The notes beneath the pieces were generated by a model that saw only the letters and a list, made by a program, of their open reading frames with translations, did no database searches and had not been told where the DNA came from. A DNA stretch of 62,965 nt, the filler included, from Octopus bimaculoides (Eukaryota), in the NCBI RefSeq assembly GCF_001194135.2. It is 3 parts of 3 records of this genome, joined end to end, with 100 filler letters (N's around TTAATTAATTAA, not from the genome) between each part and the next. Parts side by side here need not be neighbours in the genome. Positions count along the whole stretch, not along the records: positions 1 to 29,911 come from NC_068984.1; 2 more parts are not named here. The stretch is one strand, 5' to 3'. The translations under genes were made by a program, and so were the position numbers. Below are positions 12,640-26,420 of this stretch, in pieces; position 1 is the first letter of the stretch; every line of letters begins with the position of its first letter.

Positions 12640-14432
12640 AAAAGAAAGGTCAAGATTGAAATAATTTTGACTCAAGGTTTGCTCACTGAGGGATGAGACC
12701 TTGGGTTAAACAATAACAACAAAGATAAATTCTAGCTGTTACCGAATTATTAGGTTGTTCCGAAAATAATGGCCGATTTCAGAAACATAATTTTATTCTG
12801 GAAAAATTAACAATAGAAATGTTTTGATTAGTCAAAGTATGAGCCGTCCATGCATTTCAACCATCGATCAACGAGATTATTTATGCCTCGTTGATAAAAA
12901 CTTATTGGCTTTGATGCTAAGAAATCTTTGAAAGCTGATTCCACCTCTGGTTTGGATCTGAAAGTTTTATCACTTAAAAGCGTGTTTAAATGCTTAAAAA
13001 AATGGTAGTCAGTGGGTGAAAGATCAGGAGAATCTGGAGGATGTGGTAAAGTCTCGTATTCCAAGTCTGTGAGTTTCTGCGGCGTCATTCTTGCAGCATG
13101 TGACTTTGCATTATCATGGAGCAGAATTGGGCCACGTCGATTTACCAATGCTGGTCTTTTTTTGCAAGTGAGCATGCATTTCAGTGAGTTCATTGCATTA
13201 AACCTCTGCTGTAATGCTCTGATTGACTTCCAGAAAGCTGTAATGGGCAACACCAATTGCAGACCACCAGACAGTCACCATAATCTTTTTCTGATGCAAC
13301 TTTGGCTTTGGGAAATGTTTGGGGGACTCATCACGATCAAGCCATTGACCTGATCGTTTACGGTTATCATAAAGGATCCACTTTTCATCACAAGTGACTA
13401 TTCAGTCAAGAAAAGGATCATTAGTGTTTCGTAGAAAGAGCATCGAGCACACTTCAAAATGCCGAACTTCTTGATTTTCATTGAGCTCATGCGGTACCCA
13501 TTTATCGGGCTTTTTCACCTTACCAGTATTCTGCAGATTGCGTGAGACCGTTGCAATACCAACACCAAGTGTCTAAGACATTTCTCTGACACTTTGAAGT
13601 GGGTTTTGTTCAACAATTGCTTTCAACTGTCTATTGTCAAGACCGCATGACCGTCCTCTACCTTTTTCATATTCAAGGCTCTCACTACCACTACAGAATT
13701 TCTGAAACCACCTTCGTACTGTGCGATCACTTGTGGACCCCTCTCCCCATGCTCTGTTGATATTGGCAGCAATTTGAGAGGCATTGTGCTCAAGCTTGAA
13801 CTCATGCAAGAAAAGTAAGCGATGGTTCTTTTTTGTCATGATCATAGTTAAGGGCACCTATGTTTCAAGAATGTTTTCTGTCTGAAATAAGTAGAAAATG
13901 ATCAAAGAACATACATCACTTGTTAAGTATGTCGAAATTCATCTAAAATATAATTAAAATACTATGATAAAATTGCGTTTCAAGACACAACACTTAGAGC
14001 GGTCATTATTTCCAGAACAACCTAACAGCTTTGTCAGAAACCAAAATTTCAGAAATTGACTTCAGAATCACGAGACACAGAAGAATTTCAACATCCCACT
14101 TTTTATACTTGAGTTTTATCAACACTTTGTAATTATGGATTAGTTGAGCAAAGAAAGCCAGTACCCTTGACATATTTTCCAGATTTCCAAAACTGATGGT
14201 TGAGCATTACCGTCTACCCGGAGAACTGGTCTGAATACCTGTAATTCTGAAGTCAAATTTAGTGATTCTGAAGTCAATTTCTGAAATTTTGGTTTCTGCC
14301 ACAGCTAATTCGGTAATAGCAAGAATTGATCTCTTTCATTATTGTTCAAGGATGAGACCTTGGGTTACAAGGTCTCATCCTTGAGTGAGCAGTCCTTGTA
14401 TCAAAAGTATTGCAGCCTTGACCTTCCTTTTT
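12640..14432. repeat. Foldback/inverted repeat hosting the mariner
   Basis: Left arm 12640-12749 + 14026-14071 is the reverse complement of right arm 14262-14432, around a spacer of about 190 bp. Confidence 0.8.
12750..14025 (-). mobile_element. Full-length (1276 bp) but inactivated mariner, Hsmar1/cecropia-like
   Basis: Imperfect 26-bp TIRs ttaggttgttccgaaaataatggccg / cggtcattatttccagaacaacctaa; TA on the left, CA on the right. Transposase motifs HTH (RTVRRWF.KF), [23 protein letters not shown] and SPDLSPTDYHFFKHL, broken by stops and frameshifts. Confidence 0.95.
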
Positions 14433-16679
14433 GTTGTAATCTAATGTAGGCATCCAAGGACCAGTTGTAGTGTTCAGTTAACCAAAGGGCTAAATCTACC
14501 AGCTCCGAGAGTCTTGTACCTAGATTCGGTCTTCCAAGTTCCATTCTCAACGTTTCTTAATATGAAAATAAACGTGAGTCGTAAAATATATTTTGATGAA
14601 AGATATTTCTATATTATATTTGACCGATTAAAATGATTCGCCTACAGCACAATATTAATGAAAGATACTTTGTCTCTTTAATTTTAATTTGACACTATTA
14701 TCAAAATATTTTCGCCCGCTATATTTGTTTTGTTTAGACTCAATTTTATTCGTTGTTAAATGCCAACAGAAAATGGTCGGATGGGGAATTGTTCACAATT
14801 ATCGATTCACTAAAGTGACGAATGATGGCAAATTTAAAATATTTGAGAGCGAGAAAATTTTAATGGTGTCGATACTTGGAAGACATTATATTAAATTTGA
14901 CCAATTTTAGAGGTCTTTATCTTATAATTCCCGAGATAATTTTGGAAATAAAAGAGGAAGGAAATGATTTTTGTTTATAATTTTGAATGATTCATATGTT
15001 GGGAAAAAATTCTTTCGAAATAGAATTCCTCAACGCTACAAAGCGGTGGGTTGGCATAAACAGCGGAGCAATGGGTTAAAAAAAGTAACCATACCAGATT
15101 TACTAAATCTTGTAATCATTTTAAATTTAAGGAATTACTAAAGTTGATTTTGAATTCCAGGTCTTCGACAGTAAGGAGGTACGAAATATTTATTTGAGTC
15201 GGAATATCAACTCTGTATCCCACTGCTTAGCAAAAGTTAGCCTGTTATGAAAAAGAACCATTTTGCATCATATGTTTGTATATAAACACACACACACACG
15301 CACGCACGCGCGCGCACACACACACACACACACGCACACACACACACACACACACACATATCAGCTCTCCTTGCGCTACTTGTAATAGTGATAGGTAACC
15401 CAGTAGAATCTGTCATATGATCGGGCCGTCGGTATCTATACCGGCAGCCTGTCTGTCCTTCTCTCTCCTTCAGTCTTCCAGGTCTCTCGTTCTTGCACGT
15501 GACCAGCGGCCATCTTTCATTTCCTACTTATGTTTCTTTCTTTCTGATCAGCTGCAGGTATCAGACGCATTCTTGTGTGTCTCCTGCCAAAGCTTGTTCC
15601 TCCAGCGTTCGTCACCACACCTCGTTTAGGCATAGAAAACGGTGAAAGCGGGAGGGGGAGAAAAAGGGAATTAGAGAAGGATGGAGGAAGAAAACAGTAT
15701 AGAGTCAAGTCGCATCAAAAAGGTAAAGATACGTTTAATTGGTAATAGATGCGTGGCGCATACATACACACATGTATGTACTTATGTGTGAACATAGAGG
15801 ATATAAGAAACAATCAAACGTTCATATAATAAGTAATTCATAGCAATTAAACAACACAGAAATAATGCACAGAATTATTATTTGATGATGATTTAAATTT
15901 TACTTGACAATCGGTCGAAGTTTTTAGTAAATTGATCAATTTTGGAGATTGTCATTAGAGACGATTTAAAAATTATGAAGTTTCATAAAGATTAAAAGAG
16001 CATCTTGAATGTCTAAATGCATAGTTGTGAAAATATAGAAATAAATGAACCTATTAAAATAAATCAATATCTAAAAGCATAAAAGATAAATAAAAGTGTA
16101 ATTATGAAAATAAGAATATGAAGGAATAAATCAATATAAAAAAAATCAATATATACAATTTAATGAAAAGAAGTATATATATAAGAAAACTGTTTATAAA
16201 AGAAAATTTTATAAATAAAAAATATTAATCAATTGCAAAAACTATATAAAATATATAAAATATTACTGGATGTATAATTATGTGTAAAATATGTAGTGGG
16301 TGTATAAACTTTGTAGAATAAAATATTTTACTGTAGTGGCTCCCCACCACATATAACGAATAAAACCAACCGGATTTTTTTAAAACGTTGACGCGAACGG
16401 TTGTAAGGATGTATAAAGTTAAAACGCTAACGCATCTGGGGCAGGAGTTTGGGTATGTAACGTGTAATGTAGAATACTGGGTATTGGCTGTGGGTTTTAT
16501 AAGGAATGGTACGGGTAAAGAAGACGAGTCATGTGTATCAACACAGGACACAGGATGTGGATGCTGTATTGTTGGCTCCACCGTCAATACACCGCGCTAA
16601 ATCTTTTCTATATCGTGAAGTGGCAACTCTAAAGAAAAATTGTAAAATTTAACAAACGCTATTAGACATCGACAGCCCA

Positions 16680-17560
16680 GTAAACAACATAAGCTCAAAT
16701 CGCTATGTTCCAATCTCCCTTCAGTTTCAATGCTACAAAATTTTTCGCTCCAGGTTTCTTCATTTTATCGAAACAATAAGGAACTACATTACGTCGTCAT
16801 ATCTAACTTCGTATCGCATATCAATCGTAATGCTAGAAGCGCATCACATACCATTAACCGCATTTTCCCTAAATATTCTGCATTATCATTAAAAAGTATC
16901 TTTACTACGGCGTGTTACGAAAGAAGTTCAGTTATATACCACAGAGAAGCTTTGAACATCACCGCCAATTATAAACGTAGCCAAAAGATACATAAGTTTA
17001 ATCGTGAGCATTTTTAAAGTTCGAAACTATGTACACAGGCATTCCTTCAGAATCTTTAACAGAAGAGCAGATATCAGATTATCTATTTATATGTGATGTT
17101 TCAAATACTAACACAGCACATAATACATTATGAAGCAGACTATCATAGATCGCCCCCAAAATCATACTATTAGAATGAATGCTGCTACTAATGTACCGGC
17201 CAGAAGTTTGTCAAATGGCTCCATCCTGATATCGGTCTGAACTTAAAATCTGACTTTTTGTTCGCACAGAACCAAGCACTTTTAAAAACAACTCACAGCA
17301 ATATTTGCCAAAGCAGAGAACCCAAAACCAAGTGACAGCGACCACATTCATACATCAATATACCTAGAACCAACGACACAGCACATAAAGAAAAATGGTT
17401 TCAAATATTAAATGTTTATTACGTACAACACACATCTTATAACTCGGACCCGTTATTCTAGGCCTTTCGTTTCAATATATGCAGGCAGTGCATCATATAC
17501 TACATTACAAGTTAGAAGCTCGATGACCTACCACAAACCTGCGCATACTTTATGCTTATA
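16680..17560 (+). mobile_element. Highly decayed CR1/L2-group LINE 3' region
   Basis: Post-RT-like translations FVSHINRNARSASHTINRIF, ERSSVIY and ESLTEEQISDYLFI resemble the C-terminus of CR1/L2 ORF2 (HI..I..KA.....I.R.F; LEY.S.VW; ESL..RR..SDL.F.YK); many stops. Confidence 0.5.
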
Positions 17561-17785
17561 AATTCCTATAGGACCAAACGGCAAATGTTTTTTACAATCT
17601 TATATGGTAAATTCGTTATTTGTGATGGGATCATTATACTTATACTAACTTTATGCATCCAATATTTTAATACAGTTTGTAATTCATTTTTGATTTTGTT
17701 TATAAAATATTTTAAATTTTATCCAATATTTATTTTTCATACTACACACTATTATTTACGTATATATTTTTCTCAGATATATTTT

Positions 17786-17855
<70 letters not shown>

Positions 17856-18793
17856 NNNNNNNNNNNNNNNNNNNNNNNNNNNNNNNNNNNNNNNNNNNNN
17901 NNNNNNNNNNNNNNNNNNNNNNNNNNNNNNNNNNNNNNNNNNNNNNNNNNNNNNNNNNNNNNNNNNNNNNNNNNNNNNNNNNNNNNNNNNNNNNNNNNNN
18001 NNNNNNNNNNNNNNNNNNNNNNNNNNNNNNNNNNNNNNNNNNNNNNNNNNNNNNNNNNNNNNNNNNNNNNNNNNNNNNNNNNNNNNNNNNNNNNNNNNNN
18101 NNNNNNNNNNNNNNNNNNNNNNNNNNNNNNNNNNNNNNNNNNNNNNNNNNNNNNNNNNNNNNNNNNNNNNNNNNNNNNNNNNNNNNNNNNNNNNNNNNNN
18201 NNNNNNNNNNNNNNNNNNNNNNNNNNNNNNNNNNNNNNNNNNNNNNNNNNNNNNNNNNNNNNNNNNNNNNNNNNNNNNNNNNNNNNNNNNNNNNNNNNNN
18301 NNNNNNNNNNNNNNNNNNNNNNNNNNNNNNNNNNNNNNNNNNNNNNNNNNNNNNNNNNNNNNNNNNNNNNNNNNNNNNNNNNNNNNNNNNNNNNNNNNNN
18401 NNNNNNNNNNNNNNNNNNNNNNNNNNNNNNNNNNNNNNNNNNNNNNNNNNNNNNNNNNNNNNNNNNNNNNNNNNNNNNNNNNNNNNNNNNNNNNNNNNNN
18501 NNNNNNNNNNNNNNNNNNNNNNNNNNNNNNNNNNNNNNNNNNNNNNNNNNNNNNNNNNNNNNNNNNNNNNNNNNNNNNNNNNNNNNNNNNNNNNNNNNNN
18601 NNNNNNNNNNNNNNNNNNNNNNNNNNNNNNNNNNNNNNNNNNNNNNNNNNNNNNNNCTTATATATATATGAGGAGAGAGCGAGAAAAAGAGAAAGAGGGA
18701 GAGAGAGAAAGGGAGAGAGAGAAATAGAGGAGAGAGATAGAGAAGAGAGAGATAGAGATAGAGAGAATGAGACAAAGAGAGAATGGGAACCAT

Positions 18794-18837
<44 letters not shown>

Positions 18838-19239
18838 GTAATGATTGAGATTTTAAATGCTTTTATATTTTATATCTGTATCCCGATGTATCTGGAGCTT
18901 TCAGACAATTCTAAAACATTTTAAGCGTGTGTGTATTGCATGTCTCAATGCTGTAGTTTCATAATACCCTATTTTTCCATATCTGCATTCTTGAAAAATT
19001 ACTGCACATGCACCTGTGTACACATACACCTACACCTGTTTGTTCATGCGTATACATGTACAGTCACATGCAGTTGTATACATTGTATTCGTATTTAGGC
19101 TTATTTCTGTGTATCTAACCATGCATGGGAACATGTCAGCGCATATGAATATATATGCGCATAATAGAATTTTAACAAGAGTACACGTCTAAATATGAAT
19201 ATGTGTGTATTTAGTCGCGTGTATATGTATATAACAGTG

Positions 19240-19375
19240 AAGGCGGCAAGTCAGCATAGTTTGTATGCCGGGCAAAATATTTAGCGGTATTTCGTCTGCC
19301 GCTACGTTCTGAGTTCAAATTTCGCCGAGGTCGACTTTGCCACTCATCCTTTCGGGGTCGATTAAATAACTACTA
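19240..19375 (+). mobile_element. Family-M SINE, 3' truncated
   Basis: ggcggcaagtcagc...gttctgagttcaaatttcgccgaggtcgactttgccactcatcctttcggggtcgattaaataactac. Confidence 0.75.
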
Positions 19376-19662
19376 GTTTCGTGTGGAAAGGATTGGAGGA
19401 GAAGTTGAGGTAGATATGGGAATCTGTGGGTTTGAAGAAGGCGGAGGTGGTGAGAGTGGGAGGGGTGGTCTATGTCGTCGCTAAGGGCAATTGATTTAGC
19501 ACAGACAAATATATATATATATATATGTANNNNNNNNNNNNNNNNNNNNNNNNNNNNNNNNNNNNNNNNNNNNNNNNNNNNNNNNNNNNNNNNNNNNNNN
19601 NNNNNNNNNNNNNNNNNNNNNNNNNNNNNNNNNNNNNNNNNNNNNNNNNNNNNNNNNNNNNN

Positions 19663-19700
<38 letters not shown>

Positions 19701-20167
19701 TTTTATAGATATACGCATATACATACATGGCGTTCAGTTTTAACAGACTTAAGATATAGCTATCTCAACATATAGCAACTATTATCCGAATTTCTCATCC
19801 CTTTATTTGGTCAGTTAAAGCCTATTCATATTTAAAACACGTCGTCATGTATGGACTCAGTTTTCTACTTCCTCTAAATTATTGATCCTCTCTTATCCTT
19901 TCGCTCAAATCCTACTCTTTCCCTCACCCTCTCGCTGTCATGTAAAACTAATTCTAAAATAGCACACATCTTTCCCTCCTTTCACTGCGACGTCTGTTTC
20001 GTGTTAATCATCATAGAAGCCGTTGGCTTCCATAAATGTACCGAAACAGCTCTACCGCTGCCAGCCATTGTCTCGTTAACACATACACACACACACGTAC
20101 ACGTATACGTATACGGATAGTTCAATAAAAGCAAGCAGGCTGAAACTTCGATGTATATATATATATG

Positions 20168-20215
<48 letters not shown>

Positions 20216-20269
20216 TGAGAAGGGATGACATCCATTATGCTAGAAATAGACCAGCTAACGGTCAAACTG

Positions 20270-20307
<38 letters not shown>

Positions 20308-20379
20308 GCGCGCGCGCACACAAGGCCAAAGCACGCATCCCACAATAACATCAACATCAATATCACCAAATAGTAAATT

Positions 20380-21300
20380 GAACGTTAAAACACGCATAAC
20401 ACGAAATCCCAGAATCTGCCGATATTCCCAGCATGAGAAACTATGTCTATTGCATGACTGTCCCTTCACTCATCTTCCAGGGACCCGACGCACTAACAGG
20501 AGTTGGGCTCCAAGCCAATACACAAACCACAATAAAAACATCCCCTGCTGCAGTAATGCTGGTCCAGTCTTTTCACGAAGACCCAAAAGCAAAAAGAACA
20601 ACAACAAAAACCGCAACAAAAAAGGAAACGACAACCCTATCCAACAGTGCAACCACACCGCCATTCAAAAACTGCTCCCTAAGCAGCAAAATTCTTCTTC
20701 TTTAGCCATGTTGAACCTGACAATAGAAATGCAAAGCAAAAGACCTTTTAGCCATCACTCAGTACCATCTCATGGCATTACCACAGTACACCAAATCCCC
20801 ACATTGCTGCTACTGACACACAGTCTTCCTGCAACAGTCAAAACCCGCCACTACACTAGCCTCTACATTTCTACTCAATGCACAAGGTATCAGTCTCTCC
20901 ATCAATGTACAAAAATGGAAGATCCAAATCATTGAGGATTGGGTTGGTTACCATCCACACGACTTCTCTTTCTTCATTCTTAGCGAGACCCACCTTGATA
21001 ACTCGCATTTGGAAGCCGAAGTGAAAGTGAGGAGTTTCACAACCATCCGCGCGCATCCAGTCGACAGATCGAATGGTCGAACTGCCATTTTCCTGCATGA
21101 TTCCTTTTCACCAGATGGAAATATGACATTCTCCAATGGCTACTGTGAATCGGTCAGCGTGCACAACAAAACCAATGACCTGATAATAGTTGGGCTGAAT
21201 AGGCCATATCAAACAGCCGTATTGCGCTTTAAAGAATGCCTCAACAGTATTAAGTGCTTTATTCAACAGTTCCACTCACGGCGGCGTTGGAGGGAATAAA
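20380..21300 (+). mobile_element. CR1-type LINE fragment: end of ORF1 (CCCH-like finger) and start of the ORF2 APE endonuclease
   Basis: CRYSQHEKLCLLHDCPFTH (C-x8-C-x4-C-x3-H), then FLLNAQG...FILSETHL...EAEV...FSNGYCE...GLNRP, open from about 20841 to 21299 and matching AP-endonuclease motifs. Confidence 0.8.
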
Positions 21301-21457
21301 GCTTCAGCTTTTCTAGTCGACCACAATAGTCAAGGCCTGTCATGCCATCTGTCTTTGTTTGTAATTGACCTTTGAGGTGCTTCAATTTTCATGATATTTT
21401 GTTTCGTGTGAGGAGGCCACAGTGGACAACCGTATTACCTCAGTTCACCAGCTCCCC

Positions 21458-21631
21458 ACAGTCAAAACCCGCCACTACGCAAGCCTCCAAATTTCTACTC
21501 AATGCACAAAGTATCAGTCCCTCTATCAATAACACGGAATCCCAGAATCTGCCGATATTCCCAACGCGAGAAACTATATCTATTGCGTGACTGTCCCTTC
21601 ACTCATCTTCCAGAGACCCGATGCACTAACA
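21458..21631 (+). mobile_element. Second, rearranged fragment of the same CR1-type LINE
   Basis: 21458-21530 matches 20834-20906, and 21531-21631 matches 20398-20498. Confidence 0.8.
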
Positions 21632-21800
21632 AAAGACGAAGACAGGTGGTGTAGACAACAAACAGATGTATTAGTATAACGCTCGGGGAGTGAAAAAGTC
21701 TTTAACGTTTCGAGCCTACGCTCTTCCAAAGAAAGGAACACAGAAAGAAACAAGGAGAGAAAAAAAGAATGTGTAGTGGCTAGTGATCTATCATGGCGAA

Positions 21801-21803
<3 letters not shown>
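21628..21803 (-). mobile_element. Short repeat (about 180 bp), possible Penelope-like pseudo-LTR remnant, copy 1
   Basis: Homologous along its length to 46430-46617 (gccatgat..gatc, ttcctttc, gaagagcgtagg.tcgaaac, aaagacttt, gagcgt...ctaatacatctg, cttcgtcttttgtt); carries a hammerhead-like fold. The Penelope assignment is inferred. Confidence 0.55.
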
Positions 21804-21841
<38 letters not shown>

Positions 21842-22041
21842 NNNNNNNNNNNNNNNNNNNNNNNNNNNNNNNNNNNNNNNNNNNNNNNNNNNNNNNNNNN
21901 NNNNNNNNNNNNNNNNNNNNNNNNNNNNNNNNNNNNNNNNNNNNNNNNNNNNNNNNNNNNNNNNNNNNNNNNNNNNNNNNNNNNNNNNNNNNNNNNNNNN
22001 NNNNNNNNNNNNNNNNNNNNNNNNNNNNNNNNNNNNNNNNN

Positions 22042-22106
<65 letters not shown>

Positions 22107-24430
22107 CACACATATGTGTATACATATAAGGATATATAAATGTATATATTCATATTCACAGTATAGGTAAATATCTGAAAGTCGTTTGATAAAGTAATGA
22201 TGGCTAGACTAACCAAAGAGAAAATAAATAGCGATGAATAACACAATAATGGCTGCCAAAGCAAAGAAGATAAGTGAGATGTGGGGGTGGAAGTGGGGAA
22301 GGGTTGAAGATTATGAATATGTCGGAAAAGATAATACGGAAGTGAGGGAGGGGAAGATAAGCTTGATTAGAGTATATTGAGGAAGGAAGAAATCTAGGAA
22401 AGGAGGACAATGGCTAATTTAAAGCTGGAAATTGTTAGAAAGACATTGAGGAATAACAAGCGAGATACAGCTAGAGATTTTATGGAGAGTGGAGAACAGT
22501 GAATAATATTTTCAGGAAACAAAACGGAACTTCGGGATTCAGTTGGGATGACTGCGATAGTAATACACAATAGGGGCTGTAGGAGTATGAGAAGGACGCA
22601 AATGAAGGGGACGAGGCTGTAGAAGAAACAGAGAGAGAGAGAGAGAGAGACAGACAGAGAGAGAACGATCTATAAGTTGAATAGATAAAGAGATAGCGAT
22701 AGAGTTAGAAAAAGATATATGGAGAGTGAAATAGAACAGTTGAGAGAAAGAGACAGAGGAAAAGATGGAGAGATAAATAGTTAGAAAGATAGATAGATAG
22801 ATAAATAAATAGATGGAAAAACAGAAAAGGAGAAAGTGGATGCGTTGGTATATTGAATGCTGGTGAGTTAACGAACCATTGCCCAGAGACTAACGTTGCA
22901 CACGAACCAAGAAATTGATAATAAATGCATCTGCGTCGGTTTTAAGCAGAGACAGATAATAAATACTCTGGCGAATCGAATGATGTTCAACAGGGGCGAA
23001 GGCAAGGAAAATAATACTGAAGCAGCTCACTCGACCGATCAGATGATGAAAGGAAGAAAATCGGAGTGTTAAGGAAAGTTGGCGGAAGACGAGGGCAGGC
23101 GCGGGAATGGTATACATACATACGGACATGTATGTATGCATGTATGTATGTATGTATGTATGTATATATGTATTTGTGTTTGATTATTTTTGTGTCTGTG
23201 TGTCTGTATGTGTGTGTTTGTAGATGTGGTAGTCTGCGTATGCCTTTGTGGATGCTTAGGTGGAAAGTAAAAATGAGTGAAAGACGCATGGGAAAAAGAG
23301 AGAGAGAGAGAGAGGGAAGCAAAACTGTAAAAGGAAGCGATAAAAAGAGAAAGACAAAGAGAGGAGATGGTGAGGGAAAGAGGGACAGAGAGAATGAGAG
23401 AATGAACGGGAGAGAGAAAGAGAGAATTTGAGAGAGAGAGAGAGAACCTTCAAGGAAATAAGAACAACATAGTAAAAGAAGGAGAAGCAGACGTTTTGTG
23501 AATAAATCGGAAATAATTATTGCTGTTTCATTTGGTAGAATCTGACGTAAGTCTAAATGAGCCGATTAAGGTTTGGAAACAATAAATATTAAGCGAATGA
23601 TTTGATGAGATCACTATAATACGGTGTACAGTATTAATATCAAATAATAGGATAGAATACAATATCAAGTAATGCAACAAAGTGTAATTCAATGTAAAGA
23701 AATACTAGGGACGGTTGCAAGATAATTAGAAAAACGGTTGTCTTTGTTGCATTTGAAAATTCGCTGCCAGCTACATCAGAGAGAAAGACAGAGATAGATG
23801 GACGGATAAATAGAGAGAAAGAGACTGGAATAGAGAGAGATGGCGAGAGAGACACAGATAGAGAGAGAAGCGGAGACGGAGAGAGGGAAGCAAAGAGAGA
23901 TGCGACCTAGATCGATATGTATGTACATTAAGGCACAAACATATATTTACATAGAAAGATATATTCCATAGTTATTTATTATTCTTTTTTTTGCAGTTTC
24001 ACTGCGTAATATAATAAATTGTTGTTAAAGAGAGATAAAAAATAAACAAACAAACACATTAATGAATAAATTAAGTTGAATACAAGTATTAATGAAGAAA
24101 ATCAAATTGTTTATCGGTTGCAAGGGTCTGGTAATAACTCAAGTTTATGGCTGTGGTAAGCTTTGGATAATGATAAAAGTATAAAGTTTTGCTCAGAAAA
24201 ACATTCATCTCTTCGAAAACATTTTCCACGGTTCCATGAAGAATGGTTAAATAACTGAAATACACACATTTATGAATCAGTCGATGTTAAAGCTTACACT
24301 TACATCGTGGGATCCTTTGGTTGAATTGTTAACGTGTCGAGCAGAGCTCTTTCGATATTACTTCCAGATTTTGACACCCTCAGTTCAAATCCAACCATGG
24401 TCAAGTTTATTTTTTGTCCTTTATAATCTA

Positions 24431-24676
24431 AAGTGGTTCTCAGCCGGGGTCTATATGGCCCTTGGGTGTCCGTATAAGATTTTATTGTTAGAATTTACCT
24501 GTTAGACATTGGCTATTCTCCTCCAAAACACAAAGTATTTTAAATTCTTTTATATAATTCCTGATAATATTTAATTGTAAAAATATAATGAATTCTTTTA
24601 AACATCGAATGGCTAGGAGTAAAATAGGAATTAAAGGTGACCATACGTAAAAAAAAAAAATAGTTGAGAGCCACTG
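24431..24676. mobile_element. hAT-like MITE remnant
   Basis: Termini aagtggttctcagcc ... gttgagagccactg; TSD not recognisable. Confidence 0.55.
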
Positions 24677-25220
24677 TCTTAGATGAAATAAACTACTAGG
24701 GTCAATTTAATCGACTAATACCATTGTCACTAATTACAGGCTCTGTACCTATGTTAGAAAGCTAAACTTGTATTCTTCATGATATATAGTGTATACAATA
24801 CACATCTGTAAGTAAAATGTATAAATTAATATATATATATNNNNNNNNNNNNNNNNNNNNNNNNNNNNNNNNNNNNNNNNNNNNNNNNNNNNNNNNNNNN
24901 NNNNNNNNNNNNNNNNNNNNNNNNNNNNNNNNNNNNNNNNATATATATATATATATATATATGAAATTACATGTCTATGGCTGTGTGGTTAAGACACCAA
25001 CTTTACAACCACATAGTTTCGGGTTCAATCGCTCAATGAGATGAGCATCGTTATTTAAAATCACTACAATTGTTTCGATACATTTTTATACCTGTAATAC
25101 ATTGATGAGTTGTTGTATAATCATTATCATCCACAGGCGTAAAAGGCGCCTCCTCAGGTAATTGTTTAAATAAGTCGTCTTTCATTATCGAGATATCACT
25201 TTGGGTATGCATCCTCATAC

Positions 25221-25515
25221 TGAGTGAAATACGGTAAGATCTAACAATCGTGAGATCATGAGTTCGATTCGCGGCGGCGTGCTGAGTCCTTGAGGAAGAC
25301 ACTTTATTTCACGCTTCTTTGGTTCATTCAGCTGGTAAAAGTGAGCTGTACCTGTAATTCAAAGGTTCAGCTTTATCACGTTCTCTGCCACGCTGAATCT
25401 CCCTGAGAACTACATTAAGGATACGCGTGATTGTGGGGTCGTCAGCCACTTGCACGTTAATTTCACAAGCAGGCTGTTTGACTAATCGAATTAACAGACC
25501 ATTCGTCGTCGTGGG
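25221..25515 (+). mobile_element. tRNA-derived SINE, head B (CORE-like) + tail 1
   Basis: gagttcgattc (B box), ccttgaggaagacactttatttcacg (CORE-like), then tgtacctgtaattcaaagg...gctgaatctccctgagaactac...cagccacttgcacgttaatttcacaagcaggctgtt...tcgtcgtcgt. Confidence 0.75.
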
Positions 25516-26382
25516 AAAGAAGAAGAGTCAATAACTGGTCCCAATGTAATCGACTAACAACTTCATATCATTACTGCTGGCCCAGTGCTTAGATTAGAAG
25601 CAATTATTTCGTTACGTCCATTAAGATTTTAAGTATATATTGTACATAGATCGAATTTGCCCTTCATCGAATCAGGGCCAAGGATATAAATACCAGTCAA
25701 TTTAGTGGAAATCGATTTGATCGAATATATTTCGCGCTTTTATATATTTCTGGTTCTGTGTCAATATAAAACAAAATCAATATGAACACCAACGAATGTC
25801 TTAAAATAAGCAGAGTAGAGGCACGATCTAATTTGGTAAAAACGATTAAATAACATTAGAAATAAATCAACAACAATGACAACAACAACGACAAAATCAG
25901 TAAAACAACAAAGTTGATGTCAAAGAAATTTGCAAACAAATCGTACGAAAAGTAGAAAGCGATAGAACAAAAAACGGAAATAAAGAAATCAAAATAGAAA
26001 GAAACATTTTTTCGAATTAAAAACATAAAATCGAATGATAATAGTAATTAAATTATGACAAGAAATCCTGATTGCTACAGCGATTTCCTTTTTAAAAATA
26101 TTAAAAAAGAAATATGTATGCATTTATATGTGCGTATGTATGTATGTATGTATGTATGTATGTATGTATGTATGTATGTATGTATGCATGCATATATGTA
26201 TGTGTATATGTATGTATTCACCAACGCGCATATGTATACACACATATACACACACAAAACATACATATCTATATCTATATATATATATGTGTGTATCTAT
26301 GTTTTATACACACATGCACACGCACTCACACATATATATATAAATATAGATTGCTGTCTGACGGTATCTGCCTGTCTGTCTC

Positions 26383-26420
<38 letters not shown>

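Noticed and set aside
16225-16600. ORFs of 120 and 70 aa in a skewed unique segment
   Set aside because: No recognisable domain in any frame; probably decayed TE sequence.
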